Origin: Lama guanicoe
Taxonomy: Eukaryota
NCBI GenBank assembly: GCA_013239625.1
Contig: MU054925.1
Span: 34,327,538-34,391,537, forward strand
Reading direction: 5' to 3'
Length of the DNA: 64,000 nucleotides
The notes under the pieces were generated by a model. The model saw only the letters and a list, made by a program, of their open reading frames with translations, ran no database searches and had not been told where the DNA came from. The number at the start of each line of letters is the position of its first letter. Within the stretch, counting starts at the first letter, position 1. The position numbers were made by a program, and so were the translations under genes. Of the stretch, positions 1 to 12,200 are shown in pieces.

Positions 1-50
1 TCAGGCTGCCCCCACCCCCTCTGCAGCCAGGATGAGCCCTGGGCAGCACA

Positions 51-84
51 CGGGGTAGGGGTGGGTGAGGGGGTTGGGGAGGGC
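51..84 (+). other. Potential G-quadruplex motif
   Basis: ggggtaggggtgggtgagggggttggggaggg: six G3+ tracts with short loops. Confidence 0.5.
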
Positions 85-3000
85 CAGGATGCAGAGCTCA
101 GTCTGATGGCCTGGAGGGAGCCACCTTCATTCATTAGCTGCCAGCCGTGTGCTCACAGGGACCCACGGGGTCTGTCCACCAGGCATGTGTCTGGCAGGAC
201 AGACGAGGCTAGGGTCTAAGAGCGTTCTAGGTTGAGGGGACGTCGGGCAGCGGGGATGGGTGTGGGCCAGGGTGCGAGCAGAGTCCTGACCCTGTGGGGG
301 TCGGCATCCCAGCTTCCCTGGGACAGTGCTGTGGGGGTCGCCACAGACGCCCCAAGACAGCGCACATGAACTGCTCAGAGCAGGGCCCAGCACAGGGCAA
401 ATAACAGACGTTAAGAACTTAATACCCAAACGCATGTCCACAAGGAAGGCCTCTGGAAGAGCGACGGAAGACGGAGGAGAGGGCGTGTCCTGGAAGACGG
501 GGCCCCACCAAGGGAGGATTTTCAGCCGCTGCACCCGACGTGTCCCCGGAGCTGCTGCCGGGCCTGGTGCAGGGGGCCCCCCCAGGGCAGATCTGAGAGA
601 GCGCTGGGACGCGGCGTGTGTCTCAGTGGAGGGTCACTAGGCAGCCGCTCCGGGGACGCCACCCACCGGGAGCTTGCAGACCATGCAGAGGACCCAGAGC
701 AGGCGGAAGGCCTGGCCAGCGGGGGCAACAGGGGTCATGCGAGAACCAGGAACTTGGACCCCGCCCTGCTTACCAAATGCTGCGGGAACGAGGAAGAGCA
801 ACATTCACTGGTTCTGCTCCGTGGCCACGAGAACCGAGCCGTCAAACAGGCCCTCCCATCTGGGCGGTGTGTCCGGGGCAGGAAACAGGCTGGCCCTGCA
901 CCCCTAGAGTGACAGGCTCAGCAGGAGCGTCTACGCTCTGCCGGATGCAGACAGGAGGGTTGGAACCTCGAGGGGCAGGGGAGGACCCAGAGCAGGCCCA
1001 CATGCCGCCCACGTGTTCACCTGTCCCCAGCAAGGGCTCTAACGCATCGAAGGCCGTGCAGACCAAACCCAGAGCCAACACACGGTCACATGCAGGCAAC
1101 GTGAAGCCTAGGAGCCCAGCTACCTGGAGTGGGGAGTCCCAGTGACATCGGGGTGGCCGTGAGGGCCTCTGGGCCCCGCGCCAGGGCTCGAGGAGTCCCC
1201 GATCCCTCCAACTCAGCTTTCAGCTCACAGCCCCCCGCCCCTGCCACCTGCAGAGCAGCGTCCAGGGCTCTCCTGAGCCACTGCCCTCCCGGAAGGATGC
1301 CCGTGGAGCCCCCGGCAGGCTCTGCACATCAAGACTTGCCGTCTTCCGTGCCCCCGGCCTCGTCCACCCTGCCAGGTCCTCCCAGTACCGACCTCCAGGG
1401 AGACCCCCATTCACGCTTCCATTCCCGACAAGAGCGTTCCCCACCTCTGGGCAGCGTCACTCCTCTGCCAGCTCCCTCTGGTGCTCCGTGCCACACACTA
1501 GGGCCCATCTGTCTGCCCTGGGCCAAGGGCCGCGGGAGTCGGGCCAGTTGTGTGAACCAGAGAGCGGCCGGTTCCTCAGCTTGCTCAGACGTGCAGGTCT
1601 CGGGCTCCCTCTGCCCCATTCTCGCGAGTCACCTCAGCACCGCCCATGTCACCTCTGGGCCACAGAGGCCTGCAAACGGCTAACGAGTGTGTGTGACACT
1701 GGCTTCAGGTGAGACTCTCCTACAGGTATTTGGATGTGTGAGACGTCCTGGAGAAAAGTCCGTCAGCCCTGCTCCACCACTGGGAGGGCCAGGGCTTGGG
1801 GCGGGCTCTCCGGACCCTGACCCTCCGAGGGCCGGACTGAGTCTTGTCACATGGTGCAGTGTATGGTGGGGGGTTACCGTTCTCCCCTCTCAAGGGAGTG
1901 AGGAAACAGAGCCTGGGCACCCACCTGTGTGGACGGATGTGATACAAGTGTAGACGGGAATGCAGACTCAGATGCAGACACGGACACACATGCGGCACCC
2001 CGGACAGCCCTGGGTCCACGGAACATGCTGTCACCTTGTCATAACCGCACAGGACTTTGGGGTCTGATTTCCACTGGACACCGCACCCTGGGCGAGCACC
2101 GACTGCCACCCATGAGCTGCTTCTCCTGGCGAGGAGCGGAGGTGTGCCTGGGGTAGAGGGCTGCCTCCGGGAGCTCCTGTCCTTCCCGGGCCCTGGGCTG
2201 GGAGGGGCTAAGGCCGCCCCCACGGACAAGCAGCCTGGGGCTTCCTGGGAGTCCGGTCACCCATGGACAGTGGAGACCACGGGCTGGTGGACTGCAGAGC
2301 CTCGCCAGCCGGCTGTGTGCTCTGCCACAGGGCCGGCTGGGGCAGGCTCAGCTCCTGTCCGGGGTTGGGGGGGCCCTGCTCAGGGTGCAGAGGCCGGAGG
2401 CAGGGCCGCAGGGCAGGCCTAGCTGCTCTCACACGGAAGCCGGGTGGCCTGCCAGGCCTGTGCTGCTAGCTAGCTGGCGTTTACATTTGCAGAAACCTAT
2501 TTGGCTAAATGGGTATCTACATAGTTTGAAGAAAAAATGCAGAGCACAATAGAAAATAAAAAGGCATTCGGAAAAAAATCAAGAGACGTGAATTTTAACT
2601 CCACGTCTGTGACTTGCTGGTGGCCCGTGGCAGTCAGACAGAGCCTGGACCCCCCCATGAGTCAGCTGTGGCTCTCCACAGCCAAGGGCCACACAGCAAA
2701 GGCCTCAGGACGGCTCTGCTCCTGACCCCACAGGGGTGGGAGGGAGGGACATGTCAGGAGCGGTGACTCAGGCCACAGAGGCCTGAACCAGGCGTCTCTG
2801 TTCCTCGTGTGGATCCGAGAAGTTCTGCGCCCACATGCATCCGCCTCGGCAAGGAGACTGCCCTGAGACCAGGCGGCCCACGCTCCCGAGGCCTCTATCC
2901 GGGTGCAAAGAACAGGAAGGATGAGCCACGGCAGGCCCGCCAGGGCGACGGACACCCTGGGTCCAAGAGGAGCCCGGGCTGGGCTGGAGCCTCCTGCTCC

Positions 3001-3638
3001 AGCGGGCCCACGTCCCCTCCAGGCTCAGACCCCCTGCCGTCCAGCAGCAGTGGCCCCAGGGAGCAGGCTCAGCTCCAGCTGGCCCTGGGCGCCTCGCTCT
3101 GGCCGGGGTGAGAAGAGGCTGGCGAGCCAGGTTTCCTCTGGGAATAAGCAGAGACATGGCCAGTGGACCGTGGAGGTAACACGGGGTCAGGGGTCAGGGC
3201 CAGGGTGGACAAAAGCCAGGAGAGAAACTCTGGGACCCTGGGCAGAGCTGTGGGTCGGAGTGGGGGGAGCAGAGTCAGGGGTGGGGGGGAGGCCCTAGCC
3301 CTGCCGACCTGCTGGTTCTAGCTTAAGATAAACTTCTACTTGCTTGACAAAACCTACCTAATCCGACCAAAACACTTCACAACCAAGTCCCACGCAGAGG
3401 AGGGATACACCCCAGGGTCCAGGGCCATGGGGCCGGGGGGGCCTGAGGTTGAAGAATGATGAAATTGCTTTGAAATCACCTGTTTATCTTGAAGAATAAC
3501 TTGAATTTTCCATGCTATTCTGCCATGTGTTGGCTTTAATATGAAAATAGCATTTCTCCCCCCAAAAGATTAATGTAGAATTGACATTCCAGAAAGACGT
3601 GCCCTTTCTAGTCTGTAGTCTCAGCTCTCACACCCTGG

Positions 3639-3739
3639 CACATGCACCTGGGGGGGCACACACACTGCGGGGGGCACACACACCCCGGGGACACACACCT
3701 GGGGGCACACACGCCCGGGGCACGAGCACTGGGGGGACA
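3639..3739. repeat. Short GC-rich tandem repeat, about 6 degenerate units of ~15-18 bp (cacacacc(t/c)ggggg(g))
   Basis: cacctgggggggcacacacactgcggggggcacacacaccccggggacacacacctgggggcacacacgcccggggcacgagcactggggggac. Confidence 0.8.
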
Positions 3740-6700
3740 AGCTGGCCCCACAGATTGTAACGGCTCTCCCAGGTCTCCCTTGGGAACCAGAAAGCTGGTT
3801 GTGGTGCCAGTGGGGTGAGGCCAGCAAACACGGCAAAGGAGTAGGAGGGGCCAGCCTCCTGCACCCAGCTCTGCTTTGATGCCTGAGTCCCTCAAGACAC
3901 AGAGGATCCGGGGTGCCGGACGATTGCTGCCCAGACGACGGCAGGCCTGTTACGCTGACACAGACGGAGCCTCTCCCGGAGCCTGGACACACGTCTCCCT
4001 GCCCAGGTGGCATCTCCACTCAGCGTCTCGTGCACTGGCCTTGGCGTGTGCAGAGGCCCGCCTGTCCTCTCTCCTGCCCTCCCCTGCTGCCGACAGCCCA
4101 GAGGGATGGATGCAGGGGCTGCTGCTGGAGCGGTCATCACTACCGGTCACCCGACACCAGCCCCTGGGGAGCCCTCCCCTGCACGGACTCACTGCCCCGC
4201 CGCACATCACTGCACCTCTCCAGGTTCCTGCACAACGAGCCAATGAGACCCGGCTGAGGTGAGGGCTCCTTCCGGCTTGAAGAGTCTATGATTTTAGCTC
4301 TGCATCTGTTAACAAGCACGAGGATGGCTGGGCTTGCCGGCAAAGGGAGAGCCTGAGACGTGTCACTAGGGCGCAAGCAGTCCGCGGTAGGGCAACGCTG
4401 CGAGACTCTGCCCGGGTGAGGCTCGGGAAGTTAGCAGGAAAGCGTGCCCAGTGGCTCCTCCTGGCGAGTGGGATGAGGGCTGGCGGAAGACAGGCACCCC
4501 GCTCTGCGTGGTCTTACAAGGCTCACATGTGCGCGTGGCGCTAATTCAGATACGTGAACGCGCACAGAACACCCATCCCATGCAGCTTGGCACCGCTGCT
4601 GGGGCTCTGCTCCCAGCTCACGGCAGCCTCAGCGTCTCCTGCCTGGCTGTGTGGCTCTCCACCTGCCGAGTCTCACAGGAGGACAAACGAAGGCCCCTCC
4701 CTGGTCACAGTCTATGGAGACCCTTCCCCGAGCCTCCTGAAGGCCCAGGGATCCCTCTGGGCGCCCCCTGCCCCTGCGCCCTGCTCCCCGCTGGCCGGGA
4801 CACCCCTCCCTCCAGACTCAGCCCCTGATCTGCAGCCCAGCTGCCCGGCACGGTAACCACACGTGGGCAGACCCATCTGCCTGTCACCTGGGGAGGCCCG
4901 CGTGGTCCCCACAGGTCAGACAGGCAACACGTCACCTGAACCTGGAGAGCAGAGGTGCACACCTCCTTTAGCCAGAGCATCCGTCACACACCCGCCTCCC
5001 AAAGCTGCATCGCCCAATCACACACAAGTCAGCCAAGGAGACTTTCGGGCAATGAGAGCTTTCTGAGAAAAGGAAGATCTCCTCCAGGCAGCAGCACTCG
5101 CACCTGGGACAGAGTGGAAGGTGTGAGCGTTGGGCCAGAAGGGCTCTGCCTCCCTGGGAGGAAGGGAGTCTGTTTGAAGAGGAGCAACCTTGACGGCTCC
5201 CAAGGAGGTGACCAGATCCCGAGGTTCCAGGAGTTGCATCTCGTGTGAAAATGAGGAAGAGGCTGGATTACGAGGAAGGCGGCCGTGCAGAGCAGGCGAG
5301 GGGTGTGGATCAGGGCAGGGACAGACCCACGGCCTCCCGAGGGCACGGCCAGGACTGTCCAGTGGGGTTTCCAGGGATGCCCAACACACCGGGCAGAGCG
5401 GCGGCACCAAGGAAGCTGCTAAGGTCCGAATGCACCCTTCCCCACGGGGAGATCCCAGCACTGCGGTGGAGTGTCCAGATTCTGTACCGGGTCTCACAGC
5501 CTCTCCGGGACACTGCCTCTCAGCTGAAGAGCCACCCGCTTACCATGGCAGAGCCCGCCAGTCCTGTGCAGAACAGGCTGCTCCAAGGAGACAGCTGGGC
5601 TGTGCCGGGCAGAGCGGAGCCGCGGGCCCAGAGGACAGGCAGGTGGCAGTCAGGCCGCAGGAGGCATCTCAGCCAGCACGTCCCTGAGAGGCAGCTGGTG
5701 CGCCGACAAGCACAGGTGCCCCCATAGCCCAGCAGCCCCACCCCTTGGGCCCAGGACAAGGCCCAGGCACCGTGCTGAGGTGGGAGCTCCGGAGCAGGGC
5801 TGGCTCTGAGATCCACACCGCATCCCTGCTTCCAGGATGAAAGCCTCAGCCCGCGATCACTCGTCTGTCCATAACAACCCGCAGACCCACCAGCGAGCCT
5901 GGTCGCTTAACCTCAGACTCACACCGAGTCCACCCACCTCTCAGCTCCCCCTCCCTCACCCTCGGTCCCTGCCACTCACTGGGGACTGAGCAGCACCTCC
6001 TAACTGGTCCTCCACACTCAGACCTGCCTGACTGGTTTACTACCCCAGGAACCCACGCCATCTCCCCAAGAGCAGTCACGGCTGCTTCCAGCATCCCAGG
6101 GCCCCCACCCTCCTCACAAGCCTCTCCCCCAGGCTCCGGCCTCACTGGCCTCCTCTGCCCAGCCTGTCTTTCTGCTCCACACTCTCCCAGATCGCTGACC
6201 CAGACCTGCCTGGCAGAAAGGAGCTGCTAAAGGGAGTCACCCGATCCGCCATCCCACGTGGCCAAAGCCACAGCCCCAAGGACACCTCCTAAAAAGCCCC
6301 TCCTCCGCTGCTCCTTCCCCAAGAGCTTCCCCGCCTGCCGAGACCTGCAGCTTCTGCACTTCCGTCTCCGTGCCCCCCGCCCCTGCGGGAATCCCATCCA
6401 AAGTGACACACTCCTTTACTCTGGGGGCTCCAGGGTGGAGAGGCCCTGCTCAGAAACACGCCTGGAAGACCAGGGCACCAAAGGAGACGTGCCTCGGGAG
6501 TTCGCACATCATCACAAAGCCTGCTCGTGGCGACCTGGAAGGTTCCTGGAGAACACCCGCTCCCAAACTCAGACCACAGAGCTGCTGTTCCTGTCCCCAC
6601 AGGCTGTCCTCCCAGAAGACCCCCTGGGGAAATGCAGGGGCTGCTGGTGGAGGCAGAGACCCTCCAACCTGCTCCCCCCACTCTGCCTCCTCCCCACGGC

Positions 6701-8507
6701 CTGTGGGTGGGACCACCACACACGTGGGCGGAGCCACAGCGGACTCCAGCCCTGCTGGCTAGGAGGAGCACGTGCACGCCTGGGACGCCCTCACTCAGCT
6801 GTTCATGACTTCTCCAAACTTCTCCAAACTGCTGACAGCGCCCGGTTCCCTGTGCTGGCCCCGCAGCGCGTGACCAGAAGTACGCACACACACGCACGAG
6901 CACACACACGCGAACAGGGTCCAGCCCGCCGCCCCTGCAGTGCCTCCTGCGGACCTGGTGGGAGACGGCAGGCCGGGCTGCCGTGGCATCAGGCTCCTTC
7001 CTGTAAAGGATGCCTCTGACACTCAAAGCCCCTCGGTGCTGCCGGAGCTGCACGAAGGAGGCGTGGGGAGCAGGGGGAAGGGTGCAGCGGTCGTGGGCAG
7101 GGACACCTGCCGCAGGGGCGCGAGGGGCTCATGAGTGCTCAGGCAGGTGGAGGGCAGGGGCTGCGCGACTCTGGGAGCGTTGGTGGGCGTGGCTGGGGAG
7201 CACTGATGCTTCAGGCAGCCACCCTCTGAGTCCGGGACACAGCATCTCGTCCTCTGTCCTCCGAGGGGGTCGAGGCAGAGCCAGCTGGCCTCTGCTTCTG
7301 CTCCCTACCCTGACCCCACAGCCCCGGGCTGCTCCAAGGTGCAGGCACAGTTCTTCACAGTGGCTCTTCACAGCGGCTCTGAGGCCACCACCTTCCAGGA
7401 GCCTCCACTGTCCTCGCAGAACGGGCCAGTTTCCTCCCTGTGGTTCATGCCCTCTGCACCTGCCTGAGGCGGCCAGCCTCCTGCAAGCGTGGAGCCCACA
7501 TCCCTGGTTGCCCATCTCAGTGGAGCAGACCCTGAGCCTGCAGTGGCCAGGCTCACGTGCCTCCCCTCAGGCACTGAGCTCTGCTCTCCCGTGGCCGGCG
7601 TTGCAGTGACGTGGGATCCCAGGGGACTCATGTGGTCACGTCCCTGCACTGGGGGCCTCTTGGGCTCAGGCCTCTGCCAGGGCAGCTCCGTGTGGGAGGT
7701 GCGCAGCCCGGCCCTAGGGTGACCAGGTCGAAAGCACCGTCCTGGCAGGTGCGTGGAAAGTGCGGCTGTGTCTCCATCGTCCATTCAAGCTTCTCTGTGC
7801 TGGGCGCCCCGCCCTTCCGGCCACCTTGTAGCCCACCACCCCCGGGCCCTGCAACCTGCAGCCCCGCATGACCCCAGGGCTTCCCTTCTCTCCAAGCCCG
7901 CCCAGCGGCCTTGCCTCTGTGAAATGCATGCACAGGGGAGGCAGGCACCCACACGCCTTCCCGGCCTCAGCCCTCGTCTCCGGTCCCTGCCGCTGGCGAG
8001 CTCTCCCAGCGCTGGCTGCAGGGGAGGGTGCATCTCTGGCCCCGCCCCGTGGCACCCAGGGGCTCCTGTCTCTCTCCACTGGGCCCTGCCCCCTCCATGG
8101 CCCACGGCCTCCACAAGTCCCACCACACGCAAGGGCAGCTCAGTGCCTCAGAACCCAGCACGCAGTGAATGGGGCACGGTTCAGCCACAGGAACCGGCTC
8201 AGGGCCTGGAACAGAAGAGCAGCCAGTGTCTGCTGAGTGAGGGTACACATGCTGGGTGCAGCAGAAGGGGGTTCTCAACTGTGCCTTTGCTCCAGTGTGA
8301 GACACACGTCATGTCTCAGGGCCTCCTGACCAGTTAGGATTCGATTCAACTATGATAATCTACAGCAACCGGGGCTCGGGCCCCAGGGATGAAGCCGTGG
8401 TGTCAATGCCCCCATGGGCTCCCTCTACCTTCCTGCTCCAGCATCCATGTGGCCTCTGTCATCACGGTGCGTCCTCGGGGGAAGGGCCTCGTGTCCATTG
8501 CAGCTGG

Positions 8508-8602
8508 CTGGAGAGAGGCCGGACAGAGGCCGGGGGGAGGCCAGAGAGAGGCCAGAGGGAGGCTGGAGGAAACGGAGGGAGGCCAGGGAGAGGCTGGAGG
8601 AG
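8508..8602 (+). repeat. Purine-rich degenerate tandem repeat ((g/a)gaggcc(a/g)ga-like, ~11 bp)
   Basis: gagagaggccggacagaggccggggggaggccagagagaggccagagggaggctggagg... Confidence 0.55.
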
Positions 8603-9188
8603 GCGCTGGCTGGGGGAGGCTGCTCCGCGGCCTCGCCCTCACTCGTGTGGAACAAAGGAACCTGCGGAGTGGAGGAGATGAGGGGCCGGGGTGGCGCTGG
8701 AGGGGTCTGTGGGAGTGAGGCTGAATCCCAAGGCAGAGGTGCTGTCCTGGAAAAAGGGGATGAGGTGCTCTGGAGGTGACCCCAGCTCCCGATTCCAAGT
8801 GGGGCTCAGGAAGAGTCTGGAGGATGCCTGCGGCTGGGGCCCCAGGGGCACAAGGGCCTCCTCCCTCGGCACCGGCCCCCTTTGTCCCCCGGAGCTGTGG
8901 CTCCCCCGCAGCCACCAGGAAAAAGCGACCTGAGAAGCCGTGAGGAGGCAGGCAGCGGGGTCAGAGCAGAAGAGACGGGGAAACGGAGTCAGAATGCGAG
9001 GACTGCAGCATGGCAGGGGGCAAGTTATGGGGTATCTCCTGTGTCATCCAGCTCGCCTGGAACATACAGAGAGTGGATGGTGGCCAGTAACAGCCCAGGC
9101 CCTCTGGGGGACAAGAAAGGACGACGCTCAGTAACTGGAAAGGGACAGGCCTCATCCTGTCTGAACAAACAGCATCTCTGTCTGAAAA

Positions 9189-9270
9189 GTCATCCCCACG
9201 GCCTTCCCCACCGTCATCCCCACCGTCATCCTCACCGTCATCCCCACGGCCCTCCCCACCGTCATCCACA
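9189..9270. repeat. 12-bp tandem repeat (catccccaccgt), about 6.5 copies
   Basis: gtcatccccacggccttccccaccgtcatccccaccgtcatcctcaccgtcatccccacggccctccccaccgtcatccaca. Confidence 0.85.
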
Positions 9271-12200
9271 GGCAGACTCCCAAAGGGTGTTCTGAGACTG
9301 GGGCCCCCAGGACCCTTGGAGGGCCCACAAAACCTCCCTCTGTGAGGCACATACCTGTGCGAGGCAGGATGTCCCTAATATGCTTCAACTAGACAACAGA
9401 CGGCAACAGACTGAACTCAGACACACCACTGCTTATTTCTATAAAAGTCTGTTAGTAAAGGAGCTTCTATTTTAAAAACATGGGCCTTGGTCACAGTGTT
9501 TAAATTCGGGTGTTTTAATAAATATATTTAAACAGCATCCACAGAGCAAGCTTTTAAGGAAATCAATGCACTGGAGTAGCCTTAACTGATCACTCACATC
9601 TGAGACCTCACCTTACTCCTGCCAGAGTTACCAGAATTCGATTCCGCCAGGGTCTGGGTCCCAGGACTTCACAGCCCCACAGCCCTCTCTTCCCACCTCC
9701 TGCTGACGCCCGCCCTCCCGGGTCTGGGCCCCCGAGGCCCTCATGAAAGTGGCAAGTTCCCACCTGCAGAACGTTCCCTCCCACCCAGAGAAGAACCCCC
9801 CCTCTCCCCAGAGGCTGCAGACCACAGCCGAGCTGCGGCTGGGTGTAAACGGTGTGTGTTTGCCGCCTCCCTGAAATGTCACAAATCATCGTGCATCACT
9901 CTGAAATCCTTCCTATCTTTTACTGCAAACAATTACAAGAATTTTTAAGCAAAGTATCTGTCAAACTGAGCTCAACTGACTTTGCAATATGTGTTTTAAA
10001 ATTAAGTCCCACTGAGGTGCCAGGTTTTCCCAAGGAGTCCAGACCGCGGGGCAGACTCCAGGGACCTTAGCGAAACGGGGCCGTCCACTCTCTCTGCCAG
10101 ACATGGACGCAGCTGCGGGAGGAGGAGTGGGTGGGGGGTGCACAGGGAGGAGGGGGGTTCTGAGGGCCGGGCCCTGGTCCAGGAGCGGGAGCAGGTGCTG
10201 TCCAGGCCCGGAAACCCAGTGCTCCCCCCCAGGACTGCTGCCTGGGAGGGAGGGCCAGCTGGCCGTGCCACTCTGGGCAGTCTGACCTCAGGCCTCTCCA
10301 CCTGGACAGTCTAGGGGTGGGGGAATGCCAGGCTCACCGTGACCGACCTGAGTGGCAGGTGACTCCACTCACCCAGCCCAGACCACGGGGAAGTCGGGAA
10401 GCAGACACAGGAACCAAGGACACCATGTGGGCTCCGAGGGCCAAGTTGCTGCTCCAAAAAGAACTCCAACCGCTGAAACATCTAATTTTTTTATCCCAAA
10501 GGGTGAAGCTGCAGTGGGACACTCTAAAATTTGGTTCTTCGTAGTAAGTTTCCTAGCTCTCTGGTATTTCCTGGTTTGAGACTTTTCTTAGAGAAGAAAA
10601 TCAAAAGAGGAAAGAGGGTTGGAAAAAAGGAAAAGTGCACATGTGGGAACTCTGGTACCCTCGCTCAGGGACCCCCTCTGCTGCCCCAGATCACTGCAGA
10701 CACGCTCAATCCATCATCAGTTCTCAGCGGAAACGTCAGACCTTTTGTTTCTCCAAAACACAGATGAATTTTCTTCATGGCTTCCCACCTCCGATGATTC
10801 CAACTTCTAATTTTAGAGCAGTTTGAGAAAACTGGTAAACAGCAGGCTTTGTGGGGATAACATAGCTCAACACATACCAAGTATACATCATTACTTAAGT
10901 GGAAAGTAACTCCCCTCTTTACTACAAAAATTACTAATTAACTCAGCTTAACATTTCGAACGTAAGGGTTCTCACTAAGTGTTTACTAGCAGCTGTAAAG
11001 GACCCTGGAAAAAGGATTCCTTTCTGCAGGATGTGGCATCACCGCCAGGAGAGGGACTTTGCCTCTGAGGAGCACCTGGGCATACCCGCCCGGAAGTGCT
11101 GTGACACAGCGCACACCATCTGTCCGCAGACCGGGAGCCGAGGCCGGGCCGGATGCACCCAGCGCTCCTCCGCCCTAGAGCAGGGACAGACTCAGACAAG
11201 AGCTCTGCTCCTCCCACAAGGAACACCTGGACGAGCAGAGCAAGAGGGCACACCTACAACTGTCCGTGTGTCTGCTCCCTGGGCCGCGCCAACGCCTATA
11301 GGAAACGCCGCGGCACCGAGAGGGCCCCGCAGGCTCCACGAGGCCCCACATTCCGGGTTCTGTCTCCATATCTGCAAGCACAGTGCAGCACAGGCAGAGA
11401 CGGCGGACAAGGCCATCTCATAACGCAGCCGGGCTGCAGCAGGAGGTGCAGGGCTGTGACCACAGGCGGGTGGGAAGGGGACCGCGGGGCAGGGCCAGCA
11501 CGCGGGTCCCAAAGGTCGTCAGAGCGGCTCAGAAGACCGGGAGTGGCCGTAAGACACATAGAAAAACTGAACAAGGTGGTCCGGCCCCGAGCAGCACGCA
11601 GCAGCCGCTCTCGAGGGTCACAGGGCCAGCGGCAGGGAAGGCCGAGGCCACCTGCTAGACAGGACTTGGGCTCCTGCGGGGGACTGGGTGACATGCCTCA
11701 CGACTGCAGGGAGATGGTTCTGAGGGGCCGCAGCTGCTGAGACCACTACTGCTGGCCTGGCAGGAAATTAACCTGCCGGCTCTGAGACGACGGGGCGGGA
11801 CGGGGCAGGACGGGGCAGGGTCAGCCTTCAGGGGCCGGGACCCCACGCAGAGGGAGGACCCCGGACCAGCGGCCCCAGGCCCTTGCTCTCCCAGGGAGCT
11901 GAGCCCACCCGACCACCACCCCAGTGGGGGGACCAGCAGCTCCCTGCACAAGATCTGGGTTCAGGGGGCTGACACGGGCCCCCCCGGTGAGCTGGCAGGG
12001 GTAGGGGACCCGGGGGGACTCCCGGAGCAGCTCCCTTCCCCTCATCAGCCACCCTGGGCCCCCTGCAGGCCCCCGTGGTGGGGAGCCCTCCCTCCCCTCA
12101 TGGTGCACTGGCACGAGGGGCGTGAGAGGCGGGAAGACAGCAGACAAGGAGTTCGGACTCCTCGGCAGCCCCCACGTCACTCAGGACTGACGTCGCACCC

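Noticed and set aside
2537-2570. MQSTIENKK peptide loosely resembling CHCHD6 'MESTIK' of the next exon
   Set aside because: Wrong strand (+), no splice sites and no upstream NAEMYKLSS match.
5544-5563. Possible 20-nt micro-exon on the minus strand (ctgcacag|GACTGGCGGGCTCTGCCATG|gtaagc)
   Set aside because: Frame-shifting length, short pyrimidine tract and no similarity to CHCHD6; compatible with chance.
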